Source of the DNA: a bacterium
Lineage (GTDB): Bacteria > UBA10199 > JACPAL01 > GCA-016699445
Assembly: GCA_036274695.1 (NCBI GenBank)
Contig: DASUFF010000173.1
Coordinates: forward strand, 105-64,104
Direction of reading: 5' to 3'
DNA: 64,000 nucleotides
Of this stretch, positions 10,247-19,027 are shown in pieces. Made by a program: the position numbers and the translations under genes. The first letter of the stretch is position 1, and the number at the start of each line of letters is the position of its first letter. The notes beneath the pieces were generated by a model. The model was not told the DNA's origin. It worked only from the letters and a program-made list of their open reading frames with translations, and did not search any database.

Positions 10247-11301
10247 GCGGATTTCCCTCCCAACCGTTCCTTGAGAAAGCGCGCATCTCCTCCGACCTCC
10301 TCCAGCGCGGCAATCAAATCCGATTCGCCGATTTCCACCATGCCGGACCTCTTCGAAAGCGCGCGAAGGTAATCCGGCAAAGACACCCCGGCTTCGCGGC
10401 AGACATTCAGAAAGAAGGAAATAGGGTGGACGTCGATTCCCAGGCTCGCGGGAAAATAATCCTGCCACGAGACCCCGCGCGTCTCCCGCGGGAGAAACTC
10501 CGCAAGGCGCTGGGACGCCATGGCGAGGACCTCCTCGTTCAACCCCGGCTTGAGCCCGAGGCGCACCAAGTGAGCCGCCAAAAGTTCTATCTGGGCGTTA
10601 CCCGCGCCTCGACCGGCACCGCACAGACTTCCGTCGGCCCAACGACATCCTATGCGAATCGCTTCCAACGTCGTGGCCAACGCGGTGCCTAAATGATCGT
10701 GCGCGTGGATGCCCAAGGGAATTGAAACCGCCGCCAGCGCCTCTTCGACGTACGGCCTTACCTCCCACGGACTCCATATTCCCCCCGAGTCCACAAGGTA
10801 GACGACATCCACGCCTTGCGATTGAAGCCATTTTGCCGCCTTCGCCGCCGTTCTCGGAGGGACGCGCGAAGTCCGTATCATTTGAAAAAAAACTTCGTAG
10901 CCCAGTTTCTTTGCGCCAGCGATGAGCTCCTCCGCATCTTCGTACGCATTCGCGTTCGTCCCCACTCGAATGAAATCGAGGTAAGGCCGCAACTCCTCCA
11001 GGTCCTTGGCGCTGGCGAAACGCGGAAGGGCGACCATGCCCAGACGGGCTTGCGTCACAGATTCCCGGGCGGCGCGCGCGTAGACGACATCCCGCTCGCC
11101 GGCCGCAAAGACGCCCTTGTCGCGGGCACCCACGCTCATCCCGTGGCCGACCTCCAAGTAGCTCACGCCGGCCGCGTCGAGCAGATGAGCGACGTCCCGG
11201 AAGAGATCCAACGGATAATTATGATCGAAGAGATAGGCCCCATCCCTCAATGTCACGTCCATCAGAACGGGGGATTCCATGATCACTTCCGTCCTTTCCA
11301 A
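10243..11301 (-). CDS. HMGL-like DRE-TIM aldolase (4-hydroxy-2-oxovalerate aldolase / DmpG-like)
   Basis: VTLRDG, LEVGHG, YLVDSGG, GIHAHDHLGTA and ADGSLCGAGRGAGNA align with the DmpG catalytic core. Start may be the Met at 11280. Confidence 0.75.
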   Translation of the reverse strand: MERTEVIMESPVLMDVTLRDGAYLFDHNYPLDLFRDVAHLLDAAGVSYLEVGHGMSVGARDKGVFAAGERDVVYARAARESVTQARLGMVALPRFASAKDLEELRPYLDFIRVGTNANAYEDAEELIAGAKKLGYEVFFQMIRTSRVPPRTAAKAAKWLQSQGVDVVYLVDSGGIWSPWEVRPYVEEALAAVSIPLGIHAHDHLGTALATTLEAIRIGCRWADGSLCGAGRGAGNAQIELLAAHLVRLGLKPGLNEEVLAMASQRLAEFLPRETRGVSWQDYFPASLGIDVHPISFFLNVCREAGVSLPDYLRALSKRSGMVEIGESDLIAALEEVGGDARFLKERLGGKSA

Positions 11302-11948
11302 AGCAGGTCGCTTAACTTGTCCGCGGTTTGGCGTTCCTTCGAAGGCCCCTGGCTGAATTTTGATTTGTCGGGAACGGTCGGGACGGCCTTCGTCCGTGCG
11401 GCAACCGGAGGAACTGCCGACGACTTTCTCGCCTCCGCCACGGACATCTCGCGGACGCGCCGGGGTGACGGGTAGGTGAGGAGCAACTGCTTCAAGCCGA
11501 ACTTGAACACCCGGTTGACTACGTACTTGCCGTCTTTGATCGCGGTGTCCTTGGTCTTTTCGATTGCCTTGCGAAAATGGTCTTCAGTCAACGTCGTGGC
11601 CGGCAGGATGCCTTCTTTGAGAAGTTTTTCGAAATCCTTCATCTCCCAAAGACCTTCTTGAAGCATCATGGGATCGAGGGGGAAACCTACCGGCCCCTCA
11701 TAGCGAAAGTGCTTCTTGGCCAACCACTGATCCTTGGTGACGCGGTAACTTCCGTCCGGCCGCCGCGAATCTTCGAAGGCGTTGATCCAATCGTCCTTGG
11801 AATGCTTGTCCGTATCGACGAATCCGGTAAGATAGAGATATTCGAGATCATAGCGATCCCGCCATATGATGTAGGAAATTCCGTCCGGAAGAATCGTGGC
11901 CGTCTCGTTCCAGACGGCGACCATGGGGTCGCTTTGACGGCTAACCAT
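11283..11948 (-). CDS. uncharacterised protein, paralog family P copy 2
   Basis: 221 aa with the family motifs (GFVD, PDGSY, QW, YEGP, YPSPRRV, LSDLL). Confidence 0.6.
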   Translation of the reverse strand: MVSRQSDPMVAVWNETATILPDGISYIIWRDRYDLEYLYLTGFVDTDKHSKDDWINAFEDSRRPDGSYRVTKDQWLAKKHFRYEGPVGFPLDPMMLQEGLWEMKDFEKLLKEGILPATTLTEDHFRKAIEKTKDTAIKDGKYVVNRVFKFGLKQLLLTYPSPRRVREMSVAEARKSSAVPPVAARTKAVPTVPDKSKFSQGPSKERQTADKLSDLLWKGRK

Positions 11949-11979
11949 ATTAAAAGATTACACTTTTTGGCGTCTCAGG

Positions 11980-12876
11980 TCAACGCGCGAGCGGGTTCAG
12001 GCGAATAAGAAGGTTTTTGAGATTCTCTTTTTCTGTCTGGAGGCGTTCAAGAACCGCGCCAAGAAATTCCTGATAAGGCCGATTTTCCGACAATTCCCGG
12101 ATCGACAACTCCCTCCCGTCCTGATCACGGACAATCCATTGAGGGTCGCTGACCCGGACGCCTTTTCTTAAGTACACCTGAGAAAGCGGTCCCACCTCCA
12201 ACGTTTCTTTGGATTGCGAAATCCATTCCCAGGCGGCCAAACGTTCCCCGGGCGGAGGGACATAAAAGTCGTCAAAAATGACGGGGGCTTTGGCGGATGC
12301 CCGCGGGTAAAGGTTTTCCAAGCAGGTCCGGGTGCTATCGTAAATGTCACAATCGATGTGAACGAGCGAAAAGGACCTGGAGATTGAAACCTCCGGAAGC
12401 GTTTCCTCAAACCAGCCGGGCATGACTTCCACCTCGTTTTGCAACCCTTCGTCGCGGATGAAGGCGAGACACTTTTCGAAATCACTCGTGAGCATGCCTT
12501 TGCGGTAATAGGAGTCGAAGTTCGGATTCGGCTCAGGCAACCCCTCGAAGCTGTCGCAAAGGAAAACCCTTTTCTTGAGTCCGAAATGACGGATGAAAAA
12601 TCCCAGCAAAAATCCCAGCCCGCCTTGGTGGCTGCCGCATTCGATGAAATCCCCCTCCAGATCCTTCGCCTCAACGGCCAGGTCCCACACTCTCTTGGCC
12701 TTGTAGGCATCAAGATAGGTATGCGCCTTTACTCGGTCCCAATAGCCGTTGAAGACGGGGTCCGCGATGGTGCAGGGGATCTCCGGAATGAAGGAAGGGA
12801 TGGGAACGATGGCGCGATTGGAGATGTAATTGACCTGGCTGAGAACAAAGAGGGGAAAGTCGAACGGTTTCGTCAT
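11980..12876 (-). CDS. TylF/MycF-family SAM-dependent O-methyltransferase
   Basis: ECGSHQGG and CDSFEGLP motifs typical of macrocin-O-methyltransferase-like proteins. Confidence 0.65.
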   Translation of the reverse strand: MTKPFDFPLFVLSQVNYISNRAIVPIPSFIPEIPCTIADPVFNGYWDRVKAHTYLDAYKAKRVWDLAVEAKDLEGDFIECGSHQGGLGFLLGFFIRHFGLKKRVFLCDSFEGLPEPNPNFDSYYRKGMLTSDFEKCLAFIRDEGLQNEVEVMPGWFEETLPEVSISRSFSLVHIDCDIYDSTRTCLENLYPRASAKAPVIFDDFYVPPPGERLAAWEWISQSKETLEVGPLSQVYLRKGVRVSDPQWIVRDQDGRELSIRELSENRPYQEFLGAVLERLQTEKENLKNLLIRLNPLAR

Positions 12877-12885
12877 GAGCTCGTT

Positions 12886-13227
12886 TTAGAGGCTTCTCAT
12901 CATTTGAGCAACCCACGGCGGCGGTCCGGGCTGGCCGGCTTCCGACCGTTCTCTGGGACGCGCCGGAGGACCGCCGGCGGGATCGGTTTGAGAGGGATCC
13001 ATCTCAGCCTTCGCGATGCCGGCATAGAGATCGCCGCTCCCTCGGAGGACGGCCGCATAAATCTGCTGCTTGGCGCCGGGACTCATTCCTTCAGGGGCGG
13101 TCGCCGCAGGCGTAGGTGTCTCTGTAACCGGATCACCCGCAGGAACAGGCGCAGGCGCCGGTGCGGCAGCCGCATCGGCAGCTGGCGGAGGGGGCGGCGG
13201 CGCTGAAGAGACATCTCCGACGGCCAT
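12886..13227 (-). CDS. proline/alanine-rich hypothetical protein
   Basis: 113-aa ORF in frame and on the operon strand. Low complexity, so coding status uncertain. Confidence 0.3.
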   Translation of the reverse strand: MAVGDVSSAPPPPPPAADAAAAPAPAPVPAGDPVTETPTPAATAPEGMSPGAKQQIYAAVLRGSGDLYAGIAKAEMDPSQTDPAGGPPARPRERSEAGQPGPPPWVAQMMRSL

Positions 13228-13265
13228 AGGAATCGTTCCCTAGATATCGATCGCTGATTTAGGAA

Positions 13266-13454
13266 TTACTTTACCGGAGGCGTGCCAGCGCGGAGTTGAT
13301 CGATAACCACGGCGGCCGTCGGATCCGGAGGAGGAGGATTTGCGGGTGCACCAGCAGCCGGCGCCGGTTGAGGCTGATGAGCGTCCGAAGCTAGCTTAGC
13401 TCCAGTCGTTGCCAATTGAGTACCGGCATTAATTAATGCGGGAGCCCATCCCAT
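13266..13454 (-). CDS. small hypothetical protein
   Basis: 62-aa ORF at the head of the minus-strand operon, facing an AT-rich divergent promoter region. Confidence 0.3.
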   Translation of the reverse strand: MGWAPALINAGTQLATTGAKLASDAHQPQPAPAAGAPANPPPPDPTAAVVIDQLRAGTPPVK

Positions 13455-13558
13455 AAATACACCCCTTGATAGTTTATTATCGTATTTTGCGCTCTTTCCG
13501 GTTTCCCCACCAGTTTTTATTTCCTACGTTCGAGAGATCAGGTAATAAAATCAAACAT

Positions 13559-14500
13559 ATGGCCGACCTCGTCTCTCAGATGTTTTCCGGCGATCGACTC
13601 GCACTTTCCCGATTGATTTCAATGGTCGAAGCCCGCTCGGGCGATCTGGTCTCCCTCATGTCCCAGGTCCAGACGCGCTGCGGCAAGGCCTATAAGATCG
13701 GCGTCACCGGCCCTCCGGGGGCCGGCAAGTCGACGTTGACCGACAAACTGATCGCCCACCTCCGCAAACAGGGAAAGACCGTGGGCGTCGTCGCCATCGA
13801 TCCTTCCAGCCCCTTCTCCGGCGGCGCCGTCCTGGGCGACCGCATCCGCATGCAGGACCACGCGGGCGATGAGGGCGTCTTCATCCGCAGCCTGGGAAGC
13901 CGGGGGAGCCTGGGCGGCATCTCGCGCGCCACGCGCGAGGTGGTGAAACTCTTCGATGCCTTCGGCATGGATCATGTGATCGTCGAAACGGTCGGCGTGG
14001 GGCAGACCGAGTTGGACATCATGGAGATCGTCGACACCACCGTCGTCATCCTCACGCCCGAGTCGGGCGACGCCATCCAGACGATGAAGGCCGGCATCTT
14101 GGAGATCGCCGACGTCTTTGTCGTCAACAAGTCCGACCGCGACGGGGCTCCGATGATGCAAGCGGAGCTCAAGGCCATGCTGGAACTGGGCGCGCACGGG
14201 CCCTCCGACTGGATGCCGCCGGCGCTGTTGGTGCAGGCCAACAAGGATCAGGGCGTACGCGAGCTTTTGAACGCCATCGAGGATCACCATGCCTTCCGGA
14301 GGCAAGCGCACCCCGACGCGGGCAAGAAGCGCAAGATCGCCTTGGAAGAAGTGAAGGAAATCGTCCTGGAAGAGACGGCCTTGCGCCTGGCCAAGATACT
14401 GCCGGATGAGGTCAAAGGGGAGATCAGCAATCCCTACGATGTGGCCTCCGGCTACGTAAACCTCATCGAAAAAGCCCTGCGGAAAAAACAAAACGGCTGA
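13559..14500 (+). CDS. meaB: G3E-family GTPase MeaB/ArgK (methylmalonyl-CoA mutase-associated GTPase-like)
   Basis: GPPGAGKST P-loop, the DPSSPFSGGA..GDR switch region and NKSD. Start at the internal Met 13559. Confidence 0.8.
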   Translation: MADLVSQMFSGDRLALSRLISMVEARSGDLVSLMSQVQTRCGKAYKIGVTGPPGAGKSTLTDKLIAHLRKQGKTVGVVAIDPSSPFSGGAVLGDRIRMQDHAGDEGVFIRSLGSRGSLGGISRATREVVKLFDAFGMDHVIVETVGVGQTELDIMEIVDTTVVILTPESGDAIQTMKAGILEIADVFVVNKSDRDGAPMMQAELKAMLELGAHGPSDWMPPALLVQANKDQGVRELLNAIEDHHAFRRQAHPDAGKKRKIALEEVKEIVLEETALRLAKILPDEVKGEISNPYDVASGYVNLIEKALRKKQNG

Positions 14501-14548
14501 AGCAGGTTTCCCCGCTCCAGCCGTTTCTTTAAAAACCGAAAACTCGAA

Positions 14549-14761
14549 TTAAGCGCGAACGCCGCGGTCGGCCGCCACGACGCCAGAAGCGCCCCGGGAC
14601 GAAGCCGACAACGAGAAGTTCGCCTGGAAATCTTTGCTGCTGGTGATGTCACGGAGAGCGCGGCTTCCCGTGAAGGGGCTCGATCCCTCGACGCGCGAGG
14701 CGCTGGAGGAAGTGACGGACCCGGCGGCGCGGACATTCGAGGTATTGATGGTGGTGCTCAT
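14549..14761 (-). CDS. small Ser/Thr/Gly-rich protein, partner of P copy 3
   Basis: 70 aa, GGGGA/AGGAG RBS upstream. Lies directly 3' of a P-family gene, like 15604-15789. Confidence 0.4.
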   Translation of the reverse strand: MSTTINTSNVRAAGSVTSSSASRVEGSSPFTGSRALRDITSSKDFQANFSLSASSRGASGVVAADRGVRA

Positions 14762-14823
14762 ATGTATTCCCCTTTACTCCTAATGTTATCGGGAGGAGGG
14801 GAGGTCTCGGTTGCTTCCCCGGA

Positions 14824-15468
14824 CTATTTTCCCCCCGAACGGTTCAGCAGATCGGAAAGCCTCTGCGCCGCCACCTGGCTTTGGGCCTGGCCGGTGGAGT
14901 ATCCAGACCCCTTCTGGCCGGACCGCTCGGCACGGGCCTCGGCCAAGCCTAAGGCGCGCACCTGGGCCGGGGAGGGGTACATATCGATCAGCTTCTTCAA
15001 GTCCTCTTTGACCGCCCGCGTTATCTTATACACCCCTCCGGAAAAGAACGACTCCCGGGCCTCGTCGAAGATCGAACGAAATTCCTTTTCGGTAAAATAG
15101 ACGGCGGGGAGGATGTGGAGCCTGATCAAGGTCTCCATCTCCTTTTCCTGCCATTCGCCTTCCTTGATCAGCAGGGCGTCGAACGGGCGTCCCACGGGCC
15201 CGCAATACCGGAACCGCGCCTTGTCCATCCATTGCTCTTCACTCAAGCGGTAACTGCCGTCGGGCTGAAGGGAGTCTTTAAAGGATTCCACCCAATCATG
15301 GACGGTATGCTTCGATTCGTCCACGAAGCCCGTGCAGAAGAGATAAACGAGATCGGTGCGGCTGACGAAGGTGAGATACTTTTTGCCGTCCGGCCCGGCT
15401 TGGGACACGGCGGCCCAGATGGCCTTGACGGCTTTTATCGCTGCATCACTCGGTTGGGATGGTGGCAC
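14824..15468 (-). CDS. uncharacterised protein, paralog family P copy 3
   Basis: 214 aa with family motifs, ending RLSDLLNRSGGK. Confidence 0.6.
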   Translation of the reverse strand: MPPSQPSDAAIKAVKAIWAAVSQAGPDGKKYLTFVSRTDLVYLFCTGFVDESKHTVHDWVESFKDSLQPDGSYRLSEEQWMDKARFRYCGPVGRPFDALLIKEGEWQEKEMETLIRLHILPAVYFTEKEFRSIFDEARESFFSGGVYKITRAVKEDLKKLIDMYPSPAQVRALGLAEARAERSGQKGSGYSTGQAQSQVAAQRLSDLLNRSGGK

Positions 15469-15603
15469 GTTGAAATCCTCGTTAATATGAAGGTCTGAAA
15501 CGTACCTTCAGGTATGGACCAAAATATAGCGTGATTTCAGCGCTTTGTAAACGACTAGCTTCCTCTACGAGCCGTAGCGAGCGCTGTCCCGCGGGAAGCG
15601 GGA

Positions 15604-15789
15604 CTAGCCTAACTGGGCCTGAAAGTTGGCCGCGGAGATCGGATGGGAGGAGGCCCCGCCGGCCGCGGGATTCGGCCCGCCGTGCACGCCCGCCCGTTCC
15701 TTGGCCGCATGCAGACCGCCCGCGACAACGGTCGATCCGCCATGCGTCGCGTGAACTCCCGAAGTGTGCGTACCGGTGACTTGGGCCAT
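15604..15789 (-). CDS. small His/Gly/Ala-rich protein, partner of P copy 4
   Basis: 61 aa. Strong SD (GGAGGT, 4-nt spacer, ATG). GC3-biased. Confidence 0.45.
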   Translation of the reverse strand: MAQVTGTHTSGVHATHGGSTVVAGGLHAAKERAGVHGGPNPAAGGASSHPISAANFQAQLG

Positions 15790-15846
15790 GGGACCTCCGA
15801 TGATTGGATTATCGGATTGTCGCCCTTTTCGAGTTTCTTGGAAAGC

Positions 15847-16497
15847 TCAGCGATCCCGTTTGGCGATCAACTGGCTCAAACGGTCCGCGACCTGGCGGCT
15901 GGCCGCCGGTCCTTGAGCGAAGCCGGACTGAGGAGAGGACGCGGGGGCGCCTTGTCCCGATTGAGCCGCCTTCAACTGGGCGACGCCCATTTGCAGCACG
16001 CGGCGCGGGGAGGAATAGGTGTTCACGAACGTCGTCCATTCCTGCTTGAGCTGCCGGGAGATGAGGTACTTGCCGTCCTTTTTGGGCAGCGTCTTTTTCA
16101 CCTCGCCGATGATCCGGCCCCATTCGTCCTTGGTGAAATAGACGCAGGGCTTGAGCTTCTCCCACACCAATCCTTCCAGATCCGCCTCGCTCCATTCGCC
16201 CTCGCGGATGGTCATCGGGTCATAGGGAGGAAGGATGGGCCCGGAATAGTGATAGGGGACCTTAGCCATCCACTGCTCTTCGGTCACCAGATAGGCCCCG
16301 TTCGGAAGCAACGAGTCTTGGAAGGCGTCGACCCATTGTTGGATCGTGTAGTGATCATCGTCCACGAAACCGGACCAGAAGTGGTATTCAAGGTCCTTGC
16401 GGTCCTTGATGACGATGTAGTTCCGGCCGTCGGCGCCCGGCTTGGCGATCTTGTCCCACATTTTTTGGAGGATCTGGCGGGATTTTTCCTCAGGCAC
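15847..16497 (-). CDS. uncharacterised protein, paralog family P copy 4
   Basis: 216 aa with family motifs. Confidence 0.6.
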   Translation of the reverse strand: MPEEKSRQILQKMWDKIAKPGADGRNYIVIKDRKDLEYHFWSGFVDDDHYTIQQWVDAFQDSLLPNGAYLVTEEQWMAKVPYHYSGPILPPYDPMTIREGEWSEADLEGLVWEKLKPCVYFTKDEWGRIIGEVKKTLPKKDGKYLISRQLKQEWTTFVNTYSSPRRVLQMGVAQLKAAQSGQGAPASSPQSGFAQGPAASRQVADRLSQLIAKRDR

Positions 16498-16602
16498 GAC
16501 CGCATGGTAACGGAGACGACGGGGACGGTCAATTTCTCAAATTCATTGGACGGGGCATCGGCGGTTATATATTAGGAGTCCGCTCGCGTTTTTCGCGGTA
16601 AC

Positions 16603-16677
16603 GGCAGCGTAGCTCAGTTGGTAGAGCAGGCGGTTCATACCCGCCGTGTCGGGGGTTCAAATCCCTCCGCTGCCACC
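16603..16677 (+). tRNA. tRNA-Met (anticodon CAT), elongator-type. tRNA-Ile2 (lysidine) not excluded.
   Basis: Cloverleaf by hand: acceptor GGCAGCG/CGCTGCC, D-arm GCTC-AGTTGGTA-GAGC, anticodon arm GGCGG-TTCATAC-CCGCC, T-arm GGGGG-TTCAAAT-CCCTC, discriminator A. Confidence 0.85.
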
Positions 16678-16798
16678 TTTAGAACTAAGGGGAGATGCCG
16701 CTCTCCCCTTAGCAACCCCATCTGAAAATCGCGGATTGATCGTTCGCTGCGGCCTGGAACGCGGAATGAATCCGCGCTCCAGGTCCTCACTCACTTTT

Positions 16799-18109
16799 AT
16801 GAAGCCGATCGTCGCTATCATTGGTCGTCCTAACGTCGGAAAATCCACATTGTTCAATCGATTGGTGGGTTGGCACCGTGCCATTACGTTGGACGAACCG
16901 GGCGTCACCCGCGATCGCCACTACGGCGATGCGTCCTGGGATGCACGGGAGTTCATCGTCGTCGATACCGGTGGACTCTTTCTGGAGGAGGAAGGAGCGA
17001 TCGAAGGGGAGATCCGCAAGCAGGTGGATCTGGCCATCGGCGAGGCGGACGTCCTGCTCTTCGTGATGGACGCGCGCACGGGCCTCTTGCCGGACGAGAG
17101 GGAAATCGCGCGTTATGTCCGCCAGTCCGGCAAGCGCGTCTTCTTCGTCGCCAATAAAGTCGACGGGCCGAAGAACGAAGAAACGCTCACCGAATTTTTC
17201 GAATTGGGAGAAGAGGTCCTGCCGATCTCCTCCGAGCACGGTTACCGGGTCAACGACCTGTTGGACCGCGTGGTGGCTCCCTGGCCCAAGCTTACCGACG
17301 AGGAGGCGGGGCAAACGCAGCATCCCATCCGCGTCTCCGTCATCGGCCGCCCCAACGTCGGCAAGTCCTCCCTCTTGAACCGTCTGCTGGGCGAGGACCG
17401 CCTGGTCGTCCATAATCAGCCGGGCACCACGCGCGACGCCATCGACACACCCGTCACCGTCCGCAACCGCGACTACCTTCTCATCGACACCGCCGGCATC
17501 CGGCGGCGGGGCACCTGGGAATCGAAGGTGGAACGCTATTCGGTCATAACCTCGCTGAAGGCGATCGAGCGCTCCGACGTCTGCGTGATGGTGCTGGACG
17601 CCACCGAGGGCATTCACAAGCAGGACGCGCACGTCGCCGGTTACGCGGCTCAGGCCGGGAAAGGCGTCATCTTGGTGTGGAACAAATGGGATCTGATCGC
17701 CGAAAAAGACCGAAAGAAGCTGCTGAAGGACTATGAAGACGAACTTCCCTTTTTAGCGCACGCCCCGATCCTTTGCGTTTCCGCGCTGACCGGGGAGGGC
17801 TGCGACCGACTCTGGCCCGAGATCAACCGCATCCATGAGGCCAGCGGCAGGCGCATCCCGACTTCCCAGGTCAACCGCGCCTTCGAAGGCCTGGTCGACA
17901 ACCACAACCCTCCCGTTTACAAGGGCAAGCCGGTCAAGTTTTTCTACGCCACGCAGACCAAGAGTTTTCCGCCGACCTTCGTGGTGTTCGTCAGCGAGCC
18001 GGAGGGCGTGCATTTTTCGTTTCAGCGCTATTTGGTGAACGGATTCCGGAAAGCGTTCGATTTCGGCGGCGCGCCGATCGTCATGCTGTTCCGGCGTAAA
18101 AGAAGGTAG
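16799..18109 (+). CDS. der: ribosome-biogenesis GTPase Der (EngA), tandem G-domains
   Basis: Two GRPNVGKS P-loops, DTGG/DTAG and NKxD motifs. Start at the internal Met 16799. Confidence 0.9.
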   Translation: MKPIVAIIGRPNVGKSTLFNRLVGWHRAITLDEPGVTRDRHYGDASWDAREFIVVDTGGLFLEEEGAIEGEIRKQVDLAIGEADVLLFVMDARTGLLPDEREIARYVRQSGKRVFFVANKVDGPKNEETLTEFFELGEEVLPISSEHGYRVNDLLDRVVAPWPKLTDEEAGQTQHPIRVSVIGRPNVGKSSLLNRLLGEDRLVVHNQPGTTRDAIDTPVTVRNRDYLLIDTAGIRRRGTWESKVERYSVITSLKAIERSDVCVMVLDATEGIHKQDAHVAGYAAQAGKGVILVWNKWDLIAEKDRKKLLKDYEDELPFLAHAPILCVSALTGEGCDRLWPEINRIHEASGRRIPTSQVNRAFEGLVDNHNPPVYKGKPVKFFYATQTKSFPPTFVVFVSEPEGVHFSFQRYLVNGFRKAFDFGGAPIVMLFRRKRR

Positions 18110-18132
18110 GGGCGGGGTTACCCCGCCCCTAC
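18106..18132. terminator. GC-rich hairpin GTAGGGGCGGGG-TTA-CCCCGCCCCTAC between convergent der and hydrolase genes
   Basis: 12-bp perfect stem, 3-nt loop. Followed on the minus strand by CTTCTTTTA. Overlaps the der stop codon. Confidence 0.6.
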
Positions 18133-18133
18133 A

Positions 18134-18952
18134 TCATCCATTCTTTTCCGCCGTCTGCAATTCCTTCTTGATGATGCTGTAGGCGTTCTTCCGGATCAGA
18201 TAATCCGAATGGCTCAAACCCGGCACCAGCACGTTCTTCATGTGCGTGGCGCCTTCGGGAATGTCGAGGATTGAGCTTTTGTAGAAACAGACGCGGTCTT
18301 CCTTGGAATAAATCGAAACGAAACGGACATGCTTGGGCCACGCGCCCCTCTGGAGGTTCCGGATGAACGGCGACATCGGATACATCTGCCAAAGGCTCTT
18401 GGAGAAAAGGCTCAAAGGGGAAAAGAGACCGACGAGCGCCCAGGGGTTTCCTCCGTGGGGCGTGCCGAGCGTGATGAGCGTCCTCACGCGCTGCGAGCCG
18501 CCCAGCCTCTTGATGTAGTAACGTCCGATCAGCCCGCCCTTGGAATGTCCGATGATGCTGATCTTCTTCAAGTCGTAACGCTGGCAGAGACGTTCGACCT
18601 TCTCATTGACCAGTTGGGCCATCTCCTCGATGCAGCGGGTGTTGAAGGTGTCGAAGATGCCGCCTAAGTTGAAGCTGAACACGCCGAAGCCGTCCTTGCG
18701 CAGGCGTCGCTCCAAGATGCTGAAGACCCGGCGCGTGGCGCCGAAGCCGTAGAGGAGGAGGACGGGATGGTCGCAGCGGCTGAAATCGGTCAGGCGCTCG
18801 ACCTTGTTCCCCTCGAGGGCAAGCTTCACATAGGTCAGCGTGGTGTTCAGATCGCGTTTGGTGTCGCGGGCGTACCTCTTCACTTTTTCCAAAAGAGGTG
18901 TGCCGTTCTTGGACACTTTGGCGGATTCATGTCCCATAAAGGAAAGGTCCAA
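18134..18952 (-). CDS. alpha/beta-hydrolase (lipase/esterase-like)
   Basis: GHSKGG nucleophile elbow (GxSxG). LLLYGFG oxyanion region. Confidence 0.65.
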   Translation of the reverse strand: MDLSFMGHESAKVSKNGTPLLEKVKRYARDTKRDLNTTLTYVKLALEGNKVERLTDFSRCDHPVLLLYGFGATRRVFSILERRLRKDGFGVFSFNLGGIFDTFNTRCIEEMAQLVNEKVERLCQRYDLKKISIIGHSKGGLIGRYYIKRLGGSQRVRTLITLGTPHGGNPWALVGLFSPLSLFSKSLWQMYPMSPFIRNLQRGAWPKHVRFVSIYSKEDRVCFYKSSILDIPEGATHMKNVLVPGLSHSDYLIRKNAYSIIKKELQTAEKNG

Positions 18953-19027
18953 TACCCTAAAAAATAAATGATATCAGCACTCTAGTCAATTGACAAACTG
19001 CGGCGTTTGAAGTCATAAAATCCCCCC

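Noticed and set aside
13619-14491. 290-aa minus-strand ORF
   Set aside because: Antisense to meaB, whose P-loop and switch motifs are intact.
15643-16575. 310-aa plus-strand ORF
   Set aside because: Antisense to P copy 4 and its small partner. The minus-strand genes have SD sites and paralog conservation.
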